NCBI RefSeq assembly: GCF_000315625.1
Contig: NW_005434489.1
Location: 27,454-91,453 of the forward strand
Direction: 5' to 3'
Length of the DNA: 64,000 bases
Origin: Guillardia theta CCMP2712
Taxonomy: Eukaryota > Protista > Cryptophyta
In this document: positions 1 to 15,852 of the stretch, in pieces
Numbering within the stretch: the first letter of the stretch is position 1
How the letters are laid out: each line of letters begins with the position of its first letter
Notes under the pieces: generated by a model
What the model was told of the DNA's origin: nothing
Database searches by the model: none
What the model saw: the letters and a program-made list of their open reading frames with translations, nothing else
Made by a program: the position numbers and the translations under genes

Positions 1-819
1 CGAGGAAGGAGTTGAAGTTCAGCTCGTACAGGATCATGAGGTCTCGATCGCTGTGCAGCTTGCCGTCCTCCTCGCTGAATGCCGGCATATACGCAGTGTT
101 GTGAACAGTCCCCCCAGCGATTCTGTCAAAGATCCTCCAGGTAGGCTGCGAAGCAAGTCAGGGTAGCAGGGAAGTGGCTGGTCAGGAGGAGGAGAGAAGA
201 GGAAAAGGGAGGAGGAGGGAGGGAGGGAGAGGAGGGAGGAGGCCGGAGGCAGGTAGGAGGGAGGAGAGAGGGAGGAGGGAGGAAAGAGTAGAGAGGAGGG
301 AGGAGGAAGGAGGGAGGAGGGAGGAGGGAGGAGGGAGGAGAGGGGAGAGGGGAGAGAAGGACGGGGCTCACTTTCTCTTTTTGGATCGAGCATCGCGGGC
401 ACCATGCGGTAGCTGGGGTCTGCACTGTCGTCAATCATACCGCAAACTTGTCAAACGCGATGACTACCACGTTATCCCCCTGACTGTAGACCCTGCGGAA
501 CTCCGAGACGACAACCTGTGGAGCAGGCTCAGTCTCCTCCTCCTCCTCCTTCTCCCTCCTCCTTCCTGCTCGAACTCGTCGATCCTCTCTGCCTTGGTCA
601 GGAACCGATCCTCTGCGGCAGGAGGGTCAGCTCCAATCTTCGCCGACAGCAGCAGGCACCGAGGTCGAACAAGTGGTTGCTAGTGCTGAGCTCCTCGAGG
701 AAGAGAGTCCGGGGGAGTTTGGGATCCGGGACGAGCACCTGAGGTCGTCTCAGCATAGGAGGGAGGAAGAGGGTAGCAGGGGGTCAGGTACGTGAAAGAA
801 GCTCGGGTCTTCGCTCATT
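1..819 (-). CDS. hypothetical spliced gene running off the left edge
   Basis: Minus-strand exon-like segments (VVVSEFRRVYSQGDNVVVIAFDKFA | TPATAWCPRCSIQKEK) bounded by GT..AG, with a pyrimidine-rich intron at ~180-370. No family recognised and the start is uncertain. Confidence 0.35.
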
Positions 820-1108
820 GTTGGAGGTCTTGGAGGGTAGAAGACTCCTCAAGAGCGATTGCCATGCGCCTGCATGCGCGAGAGAAGAAGATCTGAAGCA
901 TGTGAGATGAGATCTAGCGAGAACAGTTCCGTTCTTGAGTGCATGTCATACGGACTACCGACTCGTGTCTGACATTTTGTCCAACAACCCTTTCCTCTCT
1001 CCTTCTCTACATCCTTTGCCTTCCTCTGCCGCTCACCGATTTCTCCTCTTACCCCAACTCCTCTCTCAAATCCTTCCACTCTCTCCTTCCTCTTCCTCCC
1101 TTACCCCA

Positions 1109-1112
<4 letters not shown>

Positions 1113-1139
<27 letters not shown>

Positions 1140-1330
1140 CCCTGCTCCTGCCCCTGCCCCTGATCCTGCCCCTACTCCTGCCCCTGCCCCTGCCCTGCCC
1201 CTGCCCCTGCCCCTGCCCCTGCCCCTGCCCCTGCTCCTGCTCCTGCCCATACTCCTGCCCCTGCCCCTGCTCGTGCTGGTGCTCGTGCTGGTGCTGGTGC
1301 TCCTGCTCCTGCTCCTTCCCCTCCTGCTCC
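1113..1330. repeat. (CCTGCT/CCTGCC)n hexamer microsatellite
   Basis: Visible tandem hexamers between divergent genes. Confidence 0.9.
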
Positions 1331-1829
1331 TCTCCTACTACGCACAAGATGTCCTTTGAGAGTCGGAAGAAGCCGAAGGGTAGTTTTGAAGGGGTACTTT
1401 ATAGTCAAAATGTCTCAGTAAAAGTAGGGTAGGGTCATAGTACCCACCGACCCGTCACAAAAAAAAAGAAAGGATTGACAAGTGGGAGGGAAGGGGAGGA
1501 GGGCAGGAAGGGAGGAGAGGAGGAGAGGAGGAGAGGAGAAGAGGAGAAGAGGAGGAGAGGAGGAGGGGAGGGGAAGGGAGGGGAGGGGAAGCACAGCTGA
1601 GAGGAGGGGAAGAAGGAGAGCGAAGGGCCGAGCAAGCAAGAGCGAGGGAAAGGAGCTTTCGGAAACAGGGAAGAACGAATGTGAGGGGAGGAAGAGGAGT
1701 AGGAGGACATAAGAAAGAAGACGGCGAGGAGAGCAGGGAGAGTAGTTGTTTCTCAAGCGAGGGAGAGAGAGGGACAGAGGTCAAGGAGGCTGATGATTGC
1801 AGCAGGATGTTGGACGAGAGACAGTGAGG

Positions 1830-4358
<2,529 letters not shown>

Positions 4359-4456
4359 AGCTCCATGATGAAGCAGAGTACAAGAAAATGGAGGGTTTTG
4401 GGGGGTTGGAGAGAGGAGGGGGAGGAGAGGAGGACGAGGACGAGGACGAGGACGAG

Positions 4457-4504
<48 letters not shown>

Positions 4505-5534
4505 AGGAGGACGAGGACGAGGACGAGGAGGGGGGGGGGGCAGCAGNNNNNNNNNNNNNNNNNNNNNNNNNNNNNNNNNNNNNNNNNNNNNNNNNNNNNN
4601 NNNNNNNNNNNNNNNNNNNNNNNNNNNNNNNNNNNNNNNNNNNNNNNNNNNNNNNNNNNNNNNNNNNNNNNNNNNNNNNNNNNNNNNNNNNNNNNNNNNN
4701 NNNNNNNNNNNNNNNNNNNNNNNNNNNNNNNNNNNNNNNNNNNNNNNNNNNNNNNNNNNNNNNNNNNNNNNNNNNNNNNNNNNNNNNNNNNNNNNNNNNN
4801 NNNNNNNNNNNNNNNNNNNNNNNNNNNNNNNNNNNNNNNNNNNNNNNNNNNNNNNNNNNNNNNNNNNNNNNNNNNNNNNNNNNNNNNNNNNNNNNNNNNN
4901 NNNNNNNNNNNNNNNNNNNNNNNNNNNNNNNNNNNNNNNNNNNNNNNNNNNNNNNNNNNNNNNNNNNNNNNNNNNNNNNNNNNNNNNNNNNNNNNNNNNN
5001 NNNNNNNNNNNNNNNNNNNNNNNNNNNNNNNNNNNNNNNNNNNNNNNNNNNNNNNNNNNNNNNNNNNNNNNNNNNNNNNNNNNNNNNNNNNNNNNNNNNN
5101 NNNNNNNNNNNNNNNNNNNNNNNNNNNNNNNNNNNNNNNNNNNNNNNNNNNNNNNNNNNNNNNNNNNNNNNNNNNNNNNNNNNNNNNNNNNNNNNNNNNN
5201 NNNNNNNNNNNNNNNNNNNNNNNNNNNNNNNNNNNNNNNNNNNNNNNNNNNNNNNNNNNNNNNNNNNNNNNNNNNNNNNNNNNNNNNNNNNNNNNNNNNN
5301 NNNNNNNNNNNNNNNNNNNNNNNNNNNNNNNNNNNNNNNNNNNNNNNNNNNNNNNNNNNNNNNNNNNNNNNNNNNNNNNNNNNNNNNNNNNNNNNNNNNN
5401 NNNNNNNNNNNNNNNNNNNNNNNNNNNNNNNNNNNNNNNNNNNNNNNNNNNNNNNNNNNNNNNNNNNNNNNNNNNNNNNNNNNNNNNNNNNNNNNNNNNN
5501 NNNNNNNNNNNNNNNNNNNNNNNNNNNNNNNNNN

Positions 5535-6255
5535 CTCGATCTCCGACAGTCTTCGAGCCAAGTCTTCTTCCTCCTCTCCTCCCACACGCACAAACGCTTC
5601 CTGGACTGCGACCCTTCAGCCTCTGCCAGCGGCAAGCGACAACCCACCCAACTTCCTTGCGTCCTCCTCCTGCCCAACATAATCCACCTCCTTGCTTTGC
5701 CCGCAGCTGCAGCAGACGAGCCTCCGGCCTGCTCCTCCCTCCTGCTCCTGCTCCTCCTTCTCCTCTTTCTTTCTCTCCTCCTTTCCTCCATCTTCTCTTC
5801 CTCGTTTGCGCTTCTTCGCGTTGTCTCCCCCCCCAGCATCCAGTAGAGGAGGAGGAAGCATCATCCCCTCGCATCCCTGCGCCTCTTCTCAGCTCAGCCC
5901 CAGCACACTCAGGGAACAGACTTTGCGGCACTTCCACGAGCTCAGCAGCTGCTCCTGCCGCCTCCAGCTGGGGTCCAGCTTGCATCTCTTGCACTCACAC
6001 GTGAAGAAGAAGTTCTGTGGAAAGTTTTCAACCATCAGGCCTCCTCCTTCCCCTTCCCCCCCTCCTCCTCCTTCTCCTCCTCCTCCTTCTCCTCCTCCTC
6101 CTCTCCACACCTTCTGCAGTGTCGATCGCCTCCTCCTCCTTTCCTCGTAGAGGTCGCAGTAGGAAATGCTCAGCTCCTGCCCTCTTGCTCACAAACGTCT
6201 CACCTCCCACCCCTTCCCCCATTCCTTTCCTCCTCCTCCTCCTCCTCCCCTCGTC

Positions 6256-6297
<42 letters not shown>

Positions 6298-8388
6298 CTC
6301 GTCCTCGTCCTCGTCCTCGTCCTCCCTCATCCTTCCCTCTCCCTCCCTAGTCCTCTCCTCCTACATACCTCTCCCTCCTCCACCACCCGTGTAGTCCGAA
6401 TTTCTAGTTGCCCATCGTCGCCAACACACCTGTAAAGATTTTAGTCCCGGAGAAGATGTGTAGAGNNNNNNNNNNNNNNNNNNNNNNNNNNNNNNNNNNN
6501 NNNNNNNNNNNNNNNNNNNNNNNNNNNNNNNNNNNNNNNNNNNNNNNNNNNNNNNNNNNNNNNNNNNNNNNNNNNNNNNNNNNNNNNNNNNNNNNNNNNN
6601 NNNNNNNNNNNNNNNNNNNNNNNNNNNNNNNNNNNNNNNNNNNNNNNNNNNNNNNNNNNNNNNTCCTTCCCCTCCTCCCCCCTTCTCTCTACCCTTCCCC
6701 TCCTCCTCCTCCGCTCGTTCCTCCCCCTCCTCACCCTCGCCAGCAGCTCGATCCCTTCCTCCACACTGATCCGGCACTCAGACGGCAGGAGATACCTGAA
6801 GCCTGCGGTCAACAGTAGGAGACGACCAAAAGCCGTGGGGAGGACTGTAAGGAACAGAGAGGGGAGGAAGGGAGAGGCAGGAACGAGAATGCGAGAGGGA
6901 GAAGGGACGAGGGAGAAAGGAAGAGAGAAGAAGAGAGGTGAGGGGAGGTGAGGGGAGGGGGGTGGAGGGAGGGAGAGGGAGGAAGGAGAAGGGGAGAGGG
7001 AGGGACCTGGCTTGCTTGACGATGTGGGAAAATCTAGCCAGAAGCTCTTCGGGCATGACTGAGCTGAGAATCAGGACGACAACAAGTAAGAGGATGAGGG
7101 GATGAAAGTGTTGGAGGTTGGCAAAGGAGGATAAGCTGGAGAAGGAGGACGGAGAAAGAGAGCAAGGGAGGAGGAGGACGGGGGGGGGGAGAAGACCAGG
7201 CGTGTTATTGCAGAGACACTCCACAGCATCTTGGAACGAGGGGAACGAGGGACCTGCTGCTGCTGGATCAGGAGGGAGAAGGTAGAGATTCCTGATACAC
7301 AAGTAGAAGAGAGGAGAAGAAGGAGGGTAGAAGAGTTCTTGTGGTGAGCGAGGGGGCAGGAGAGGAGGAGAGCGGATTAAGAATGGGAGGAGGAAGTGGT
7401 GGAGGAAGTGAGGCGAGGAGGAGAATGGATCGGGGAGGGACCTCGGAGGAGGAAGCGGGAAAGGAAGGGGAGGAGGAAGAGAGGGAGGGAGGAAGGGGGG
7501 AAAGAGAGGGAGGGATGGGGGGGAGGAAGTGGTGGAGGGAGAACTTGGGATTTCACAGTCTCTTCACAGACCTTCATCGCCCTCGCTCGTATCGCTCAGT
7601 GAGACTCTTCCAGCCTGACAAGACCGGTCAGAGGAGGAAGCAGAGAGTCTCAACCCGACCTCCAGCGATCGCAGGACGAGCAGGCGCAGCATGAGCCGGA
7701 GGGTGCGGGACTCCTCGATCTGAGAGACGTGAGGAGGTAGCGGGGAGGTAGAGGGCAGGCATCTCACCTTGAAGTCTGATGATTGGAACAGCTGTTTGAA
7801 CGATGAACACTCTGACGAGAATGTCACGACAAGTCCTCGTGCTCATCTGCGGCCGTTCACCATAGCGATGCAGTAGCACGTCGACGTTGGCGTCGGTGGA
7901 GCAGTCCGGGCAGAACTTGATCTTGGAGCTGAACGACGAGCATGTCATGCATGAGCTCGAGCTGTCATTCAACTCACCACCCGCTACAACAATCTCCTCC
8001 AGCTGGCCGGCAGCACGACGAGCAATGGCTCTCCAGAAACGCGTCCGACAGGCTCTTTGCCACCGCCGGGCATATCAGGATGCAGAGGCCAGACGCAAGC
8101 CTCTGAGATGCCACGAGGAACCTTCCTCTTCCCTCCTCCTCCTCCATGGCGTAGAAGGAGGGTTCATCCTCCTCCACGGCTCCTCCCATCCCTTAGGGCA
8201 ACAGCTGGTCCAGGAAGGCGAGGGAAGACTGTCCCCACCACCCGCGTCAGCCACGGCGTCTCGTAAGGAGCGGACTGACCTGCAGGTAGTCGTGGCAGAC
8301 GGGGAGGAGGTGGGAGGAGGTGAAGTCAAAGATCAGGTAGGCCAGGGGCTGCGGACCGAGTCAGCTCCGGGCGTCATGGCGGGGGGTA
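5535..8388 (-). CDS. SET and MYND domain (SMYD-type) lysine methyltransferase; 3' end runs into the gap and the start is uncertain
   Basis: GRGRFLVASQRLASG (SET N-part), HCSSCCR..C (MYND-like), GQLEIRTTR, and GQELSISYCDLYEERRRRRSTLQK|NFFFTCECKRC (SET C-part and post-SET CxCxxC). Confidence 0.85.
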
Positions 8389-9235
8389 GCCAGACCACAA
8401 GGAAGGGAAGACCCAGGAAGAGGGGAAAGATCCAGATGAGGCTGTTGTCGTTGTCGATCCTTCGAGCTACCTTGTTCCTACTCGCTGCGATAGCGGCGGC
8501 AGGCATGCAGGACTGTACCTGGCAACGTCATCATTGCTCGTACTCTCTCCTTCCTGCTCTCCCTTCTCATTCCCCTTTCGTTCCTCTCCACACTCCCTAT
8601 CTCCTCCTCACTAGTTCTTTCCTCCACTCCCTCTCCCTCTCCCTCTCCCTCTNNNNNNNNNNNNNNNNNNNNNNNNNNNNNNNNNNNNNNNNNNNNNNNN
8701 NNNNNNNNNNNNNNNNNNNNNNNNNNNNNNNNNNNNNNNNNNNNNNNNNNNNNNNNNNNNNNNNNNNNNNNNNNNNNNNNNNNNNNNNNNNNNNNNNNNN
8801 NNNNNNNNNNNNNNNNNNNNNNNNNNNNNNNNNNNNNNNNNNNNNNNNNNNNNNNNNNNNNNNNNNNNNNNNNNNNNNNNNNNNNNNNNNNNNNNNNNNN
8901 NNNNNNNNNNNNNNNNNNNNNNNNNNNNNNNNNNNNNNNNNNNNNNNNNNNNNNNNNNNNNNNNNNNNNNNNNNNNNNNNNNNNNNNNNNNNNNNNNNNN
9001 NNNNNNNNNNNNNNNNNNNNNNNNNNNNNNNNNNNNNNNNNNNNNNNNNNNNNNNNNNNNNNNNNNNNNNNNNNNNNNNNNNNNNNNNNNNNNNNNNNNN
9101 NNNNNNNNNNNNNNNNNNNNNNNNNNNNNNNNNNNNNNNNNNNNNNNNCCTCCCTCCTCCCTCCCTCCCTCCCTCCCTCCCTCCCTCCCTCCCTCCCTCC
9201 CTCCCTCCCTCCCCTCTCTCCCTCCCCTCAACTTC

Positions 9236-9799
9236 ATGCAGTATGCTATCTACGGCATCACCCCCGTTGATCTCGTGTCCTGGGGCTTCTTCATACTCGT
9301 ATCCTCTGCGCTGCTGGTGACGTCGGTGGGACTGGCTGCATTCTCCTGCTCATTTTTCTCCCCTCGTCAGTTTTGGGTGCTAAGGAACACTTTCCCTGCT
9401 CAAATCATCAGAGACTCGCTCAACAAGGAGAAGAGACTGCTGGTGACAGCGAAGACTCTTGCTTCCCCTCGTCTCATGCATCCCTGTAGCACGAGAAGTA
9501 CCGCCAACTCAAGCTTTCGAGCGAGAACCTCTACTATCAGGCAACGGCTGCTGCTGTTTCCCCCCCATTCTCTCACTTTCATGTCAGGCCACATGGGCTA
9601 AGAATGATGGGAGGAAGGAGGAGGTGAGGACGACTTGATTTCTACTTGTAGGTTCTCACTCTCTTCACAGGCAGAAAACCTGCTGGAAGAGCTCAAGAAG
9701 ATCAATGTGACATATTGCTGACTTGCATGCCTGTTCTTATCTCAATGCCAGGCCGAGTGCAAGGAGATCGCCAGGATGATTGGAAGGAAACATAGATGA
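9236..9799 (+). CDS. small membrane-anchored coiled-coil protein, spliced
   Basis: MQYAIYGITPVDLVSWGFFILVSSALL|FWVLRNTFP..KRLL|HEKYRQLK..YYQ|ATWAK..|AENLLEELKKIN|AECKEIARMIGRKHR*, with ~45-50 nt introns. Confidence 0.55.
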
Positions 9800-9973
9800 G
9801 AAAGGGAGAAATAGAAGGTGATGAGAGAAAGAGGAAGGTCGATGATTGAAGAAAGAATCAAGCAAGCAAGACATGGATAGAATGAAACGAAATAAAACAA
9901 CAAGGTAAGAAAACTCAGATAGACGATTTTGGGAGCGACGCGCTTTCAGCGAAGCTTCCGGGGTTTAGTAATG

Positions 9974-10990
9974 TTACATACAACAGAGATTGTCCCATAG
10001 GCAAGAGAGCGATCGGATTACATCTCGCATGATCGTCGTCAACCATTCCTCCATGCTCGCACAGAGGTTTCGCACCACCTGCTGGGAGCTGGCAAACCAG
10101 TCACTCTCCGACCTGACCACCTGCCGCGGCTGAGAATCAGCGAGGGACCACTGCAAGTGACCACTCCAGCAGGAGAGGGAGCGAGGGCTTACCTTGTTGG
10201 AGTCTTTCGCTCGGGTCGCGAGGAGCTTCATCAGAGGACTGTAACATGACACTTCTTCCTCCTTCCTGTAGGGTTTTGAGAGACCCGCCGTTTGTACGCC
10301 ATTACCTTCACCTCCCTGCTGATCGTTGAGCAGCGACTCCCGCACCATCCCCGTCACCATCGGAACGGTTGAGCGGGATTGAGTGAGACTGGAGCATGTA
10401 GGGTTGCTGTGATTCATTCTCACTTGTTCAGTCTGTGAGTGACATGAAAACATCACCTCATGGACTCGCTTCGTTGCTCTGAAGACATCGTTGTATTCGG
10501 TCATGCTATACAACCACGCCCTTGACTTCTGCCATGGCAGTCACCGCATCATGCATAGCTGTGCCTCCAAACATGCAGACACCAGCTCGTCACCTTGAGG
10601 CCTCGGAAGAAGGATTCTGGCGGCAGAGGAATGGGGTCCATCAAATGGAACCGCTCCTTCGTGAAGCTGAACGCTCCATGATCATCTAGTACCATGCCGG
10701 GAGCTTCACCCGTCCCAGTATTTCTTCCTCCTCCTCTCAGCCTCATGTTTGTTCTTCCTGTCAGGTAGGCGAGTCCTCGGGGTCGCCCGCCAACTGCCCC
10801 CCAGCTCGTTCCGATGCTCATGTTGTTACACACTTAATGCTCAGCTCGGCAACGAGTCAGCCTCCTTTCCCAAGAGAGTGGTTGCTCCTCAGAGACGCCA
10901 TGTGGAGGGCGTGAAGCTCGTCCGCGCGAGGGCATGCCGTAGGTCACCAGGGAGCCGTGAAGCAGCGGCCCATGGGCATCGGACAAACAT
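9974..10990 (-). CDS. hypothetical spliced protein with RLRGG motif near the N-terminus
   Basis: ORF pieces 10549-10833 and 9974-10513 with GT..AG introns. Start unclear. Confidence 0.45.
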
Positions 10991-11149
10991 GGGACCCGGC
11001 GAGTCTGGCAGTCTTCAGTCTTCTGGAAGGAGTGAGTATGAGGGAGATGATGTTGAGTATGAGGGGGATGCATCCAACATGTGTACGAGGGGGATGAGCT
11101 GTTGGAGTCTCTTCATATTTTTATTGAACTTCGTGTCGGGGGACTAAGG

Positions 11150-12470
11150 GAGTGGGTGGGTCCTTTTCTGGAAGGGGTCATGCCCAGATCGAATACTAAA
11201 TCACCGGTACTTTTAAAGTATATTTGTATGAGTAAACAAGGGTGGGGTACTTTCATATACCCCTCCTTCGGGTAGCAACTTCCAGCATACCCCATACACA
11301 TCTACAAATCTGTAAAGGGCACCCAATTACTTTGACCACCCCTACCCCCAATAAAACGTCTATAGTAGGGGTAATGCTACACTGAAGTTTCAGTCAAATG
11401 TGGTTCTGCCGTTTCATCAAGAAGCTGTACCCCTCCTTTGTCCATTGCTGGCCACCCCACCTATTCAATATTGCAGGTAAGCCCCTACCCCTACCCACCC
11501 TTGAAAGAATCAGGATGGAAGCACCCGTATTTTTGTATGAAAGTACCCCCTTGTTTACAGATATCAACTTGGTAAGCATCTCAGTATCCATCGTCTACCC
11601 ACCCTCTCAGGATACCACCATGCAATATTTACCCTACCTGATTTTTCCATCTAATAAACAATTTCCATCCAATCATCGTACTACCCTACCCCAACCCGCA
11701 TACGAGCAATATTCCTATGACCACATATGGACTGAGGTTCTATGTGAGGCCATACATGGGCAGACTACCCGCACGAGCGAACAGGCGAGTCCATCCTTAC
11801 AACAGAGGACCCTACCCTCTTTCAAGTACCCGGTACTTATCCTTCCACAATGTGGAAATATGTGGGGTATAGAGTAGATTGTGATGATAGAACGGGGGTA
11901 GTCGGACCTGTGGTGGGGTGATCGACGGTGTAGTGGAGGGGGTGTAGGAACAAGAATGGGTAGGGTAGGAAGAGGGTGCGTGGTGTGTTGTAGAAACTGA
12001 GGGTGGGTTGAGGGGTGATGCCTTTTTTCAATTTTTTTCCTATTTTTCCCTATTTTTTCTGCAATAGATTTGGAGTGCTGGTGGTTCTTTTTTGCTCTTT
12101 CTTCTTCTTTTTTGAATTTTTTTTGCTGCATCAACAAAAAAAATCAAAAAAATTGAGGAAAAAAACAGTTCCTTTTTTGCCAACCACCCCATACACTGAC
12201 CACCCCTCTACTTCCACCACCCCACCACAACATGCTCCATTCATTCAAATTACCCACCACTCCTGGGAAGGTCAAGCAGTACCCACAGATCTCTCTCAAC
12301 ATGAGATGACCACTACCCCTATATTTCATACCCCTACCACACAAATGAACAACCATGGTAGAAAAATAGTACCATAGATCGGTATATCACCCCTACAATC
12401 AAGGTTTTGTGATCATACCACCCATCGTTCATTTTCAGTACCGGTCCAATTCAAAACTACCACCGGTCCG
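11150..12470. promoter_or_regulatory. low-GC intergenic island rich in TACCC/GGGTA motifs
   Basis: Abrupt compositional shift, many ACCCTACC / GGGTAGGGT / GGGGTAC copies and poly-T/poly-A tracts. No credible ORF. Confidence 0.45.
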
Positions 12471-12799
12471 GCATCCTCCTGCTTCAGCTTCCATCCCTCT
12501 CATCTTCCCCCGCTTCGTTCACGCTCCTCTCTCCCTCTCCTCTCTCATTCACACTCACTCCCTTGTCTTGTTGTCCTCTTGTAACCCGCCTTCCTCGTTC
12601 CCTGCTCTCTTCTCCCTTATTTGTCGCGTTTGGCGAGCTCCATCTTCATTCCCGCCTGGTTTCTCCTCTCCTGATTACTCGCACGCTCGGTCGAGCAAGT
12701 GCTTCAGCTGGTTAACATCTAGAACATCTCTTCTCTCGGATTCCTTCCATTTGTCTTCTCAAGTCATACCCTTCAGATCCCCAACTCTCCCAGTCTCAA

Positions 12800-13770
12800 A
12801 GTAGAGTCCCTGTCGTCCCCAACACCTCATTGCATCGTTGGCTGGATCCAGAGGTTCGTCTACCACGGTTAGACGAAACAACAGATCATCTAGCTCAAAG
12901 CGTCTGCTTCGTCATTTTACATGACGTCACTTCGATCAGCCATGCAGGCTGGATCTTTACGTGAGTCTGAACTTGCACGTTGCGACACATTTGGTTCCTT
13001 GCTGATGAGGATTCAGGTTTCTCAACAGACCTCACCATGGGTGGGCACGGGGTTGGGCTTGATCATGGCTTCGGACATGGAGGGGTATCGTTCCAAGTGT
13101 AGTTCGAGCGTGAATGATAGTTTGATCCAGGACGGAAAGGATGGAGGCGATGATGGATTGCACGATTCTGTTGTTAGTCAGGTGCTGCCCCTTCCTCCTG
13201 CCGATCCCTTCCTTCTAGCTTGCTCCTCTTCCACTAGAAGATGCAGGAAATCTCTTTGTTGGGGTCGTGACTCTGTCCTCGTTCCAGCAGGTTCCCGAAC
13301 CCACCCAGCTGGTTGTGGAAGGGATTTTGATGAAACTCCTTGCTCAATCCCCCGACGGAACCCTGATGTGCTGCGCCAATGATACGCAGCTGAAGTTTGT
13401 AGACTCAAGGTGTGTTGCATGACTGGCCCTTCTCCTCTGCCAGATTCTAAGAATGATCCTACAGATTTTTGAAACTTTACGAGACCACGACCCCTGGTCC
13501 GATCTTGGCAGCTTGCTTCCACCCTCAAAAGTATGAACTCTTCTTGAAGATTGACAACAGAACTTTGGTACAAGCACTCGAGAACTGATGTCGTGTTGCT
13601 GATCTGTTCATTCAGATCTTCGACCTCGCTACCAAGGAGTATCGAGCGCCGGAGGACACAGATACGATGATCCCGCCGGAGCCGTGGCAACCTCCTCCTC
13701 CCCCTCCCGGTAGGATTGACGTCCCTCCTCGTCACCCAGAAGTGTGACTGAACCGACCGTAGGCGCCATC
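12800..13770 (-). CDS. hypothetical protein
   Basis: 185-aa ORF 13178-13735 plus downstream exon-like pieces, divergent from the gene at 13783. Confidence 0.3.
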
Positions 13771-13782
13771 CTCTCGCCGAAC

Positions 13783-14343
13783 ATGCCGTTGAGTGGTTTA
13801 GCTATGTCCGGGGAGAAGAGGAGGTCTGGATCGGGAAGGCCGAAGGGCAGCAAGGACAAGACACAGAGGAAGGCGAGGAGTGCGGCAGCACAAGAATTCG
13901 AGAAAGAGGTGCTTGTGCTAGCTGCTGTGGCTGTGTCATGTTGTCTAACTTGACGTGTTTCAAGGTTGTGGCTCAGTTAACTGCTTTCTGCGGGGATGAC
14001 GCGTCCAAGTGGAACGCAAAGAAGCCTGCGATCGATGCTGTCAAAGCTTCCCCGCTATGGGACAGCTGGTCCAAGGCAGGCCTCAATGAGCAGCAGCTCG
14101 TGCAATTCGTACACAGACTGAAAACAAAGCGGATGGGGGGGAAAGAAGTCGGTGGACCGAAGGCAGTGGAGATGCCGACGATGAGCGCTATTCCTCCCGT
14201 GAGTCTTCAGATGCTGATGTGCTCTTGCTCACATGTTGTCGCAGTCGATGCAACAAGTGGGTGCTCTGCAGCAGACGGGTTTCCTCCAGGCGATGCCGAT
14301 CATGGGCCATCATCACATGTACAATCAGCGGGTGCCCATGTGA
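13783..14343 (+). CDS. small AT-hook-like DNA-binding protein
   Basis: SGRPKGSKDK AT-hook-type motif, two short introns, and a Q/M/H-rich C-terminus ending ..MYNQRVPM* at 14341-14343. Confidence 0.6.
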
Positions 14344-14568
14344 AGGAGGCAGCTTGTATTCTTGTCCGCGTGCTGATGGCAGAAAGGCTCGCGAAGATCA
14401 TCGGAGATGGCGGGTGGACTCCGCCGCCTGTATCATGACTTAAAAAGAATCGACAGAGCGTGTCGATGACGGTAGCTGGCAGAGCCAGGCAGCCCAAGTA
14501 GAGCGACTGCGACATTTAATGAATAATCTTACTCCGATCAGACACGGCGGCAAACTGAGACACGAGGA

Positions 14569-15852
14569 TCATTGGGCATAGGTCGGGAGAGTAGGAGGAG
14601 CAGGTCGGAGGGAAATCGTCAAGTCTTCCTCTTCTCCTCCCTCGCCGAAGCAGTTGTCCAGCTGGAAGGTGCTCCTGCAGCTGAAGTCCACCTGAGAGTT
14701 GACTGGGCCCGAGACTTCAAGAGAGGACTGCAGCTCGCGGGGAGGAGAGAGCGGGGCATGGCGGAGCTGGTCCACTTTCTTGGCAAGCGAGTGCATCTGC
14801 TGGCAGAGCTGGAGAAGGTGATTTTCAAGCGCATGGAACTCAATCTCTATCTCCTCGTTCTTCCTCTTCTGCACCTGCGTCATCAAGTTACACACGTCTC
14901 CTCCTGCTCTTTGCCTCACCTCCTCCGCCCTCGCAAGCTGCCTCAGCAGCTCCAGGTCGTTCCCTTGCCTGCTGGGCAGGGAGCACTTGACGTGGTTGAG
15001 GGCAGAGGTCACGTCCTGATGTATCTGCTGCTTCAGCCCCTTGCTCTGTTTGTTTGCGTTGGCCTGCAGGAAGTCACAGCGATCGAACGCCATCTTGACC
15101 TGCCGCAACCCCATCAGGCCTAGCAGGGGTCAACACAGTCAGACCAGCCGCTCAAGCTCTCCGATCTTCCCTTCCAGGTTCTTCTTCCTCTCCTCGTATA
15201 AGTCTGCGATAGCCGAGCTCCCCTGCTAGCAGCGTCATGGCGAGCAAGCGAACGCGTCTGCTGACGTACCTGTTGATCCGAGGAGCCTCCGACCTGTTTG
15301 CAGAAGTCTTGCAGGTAGTTCCATCGCTGAGAGCAAGACGAGTCCGAGCATCTACGATGCGAGTGAGCAAGAGCATGCTGCATCCTCCTCTCACCCTTGC
15401 GACGCTGCCAGCGCAACCGCCAGGTGAGCGAACGAGGATCGGAGAGTCGCCAGCTCCCTCCTCATCAGATTGTTTTCGTGCGTCACAAACTGCAGCCTCT
15501 CAATCATCTGATCCTCCTCCACTTCTCCTCCCCCGCGCTTTCTTTGAACACACTCCTCCTCCTTCTCGCACAACTCCACAACACTATGCTTCTCCTCTTG
15601 ACTGTTGTTCACCAAGAGCGACTCGTCCAGCCGCCTGTTCTCCTTGTTATCCTCCAACATTGCATGTTGCAGCGCAGACTCTCGGCAGCGCTCTGAGTTC
15701 TTGCTCTCGATGGTCTGCATGAAGGAGGTGATGCTCTCTCCCATGCCGCACGTCTGCACTCTTCGCTTCTTCGCGCTCGTCGCACTCATGTCGGTTGCTG
15801 ACTCCTGTGTTCTGCTCCTCCTTCCTGACGGACTCCCGCTCATCCCTTCCAT
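14569..15852 (-). CDS. coiled-coil hypothetical protein with putative NLS (AKKRR)
   Basis: ORFs 15391-15852 and 14569-15114 joined through short introns. Confidence 0.6.
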
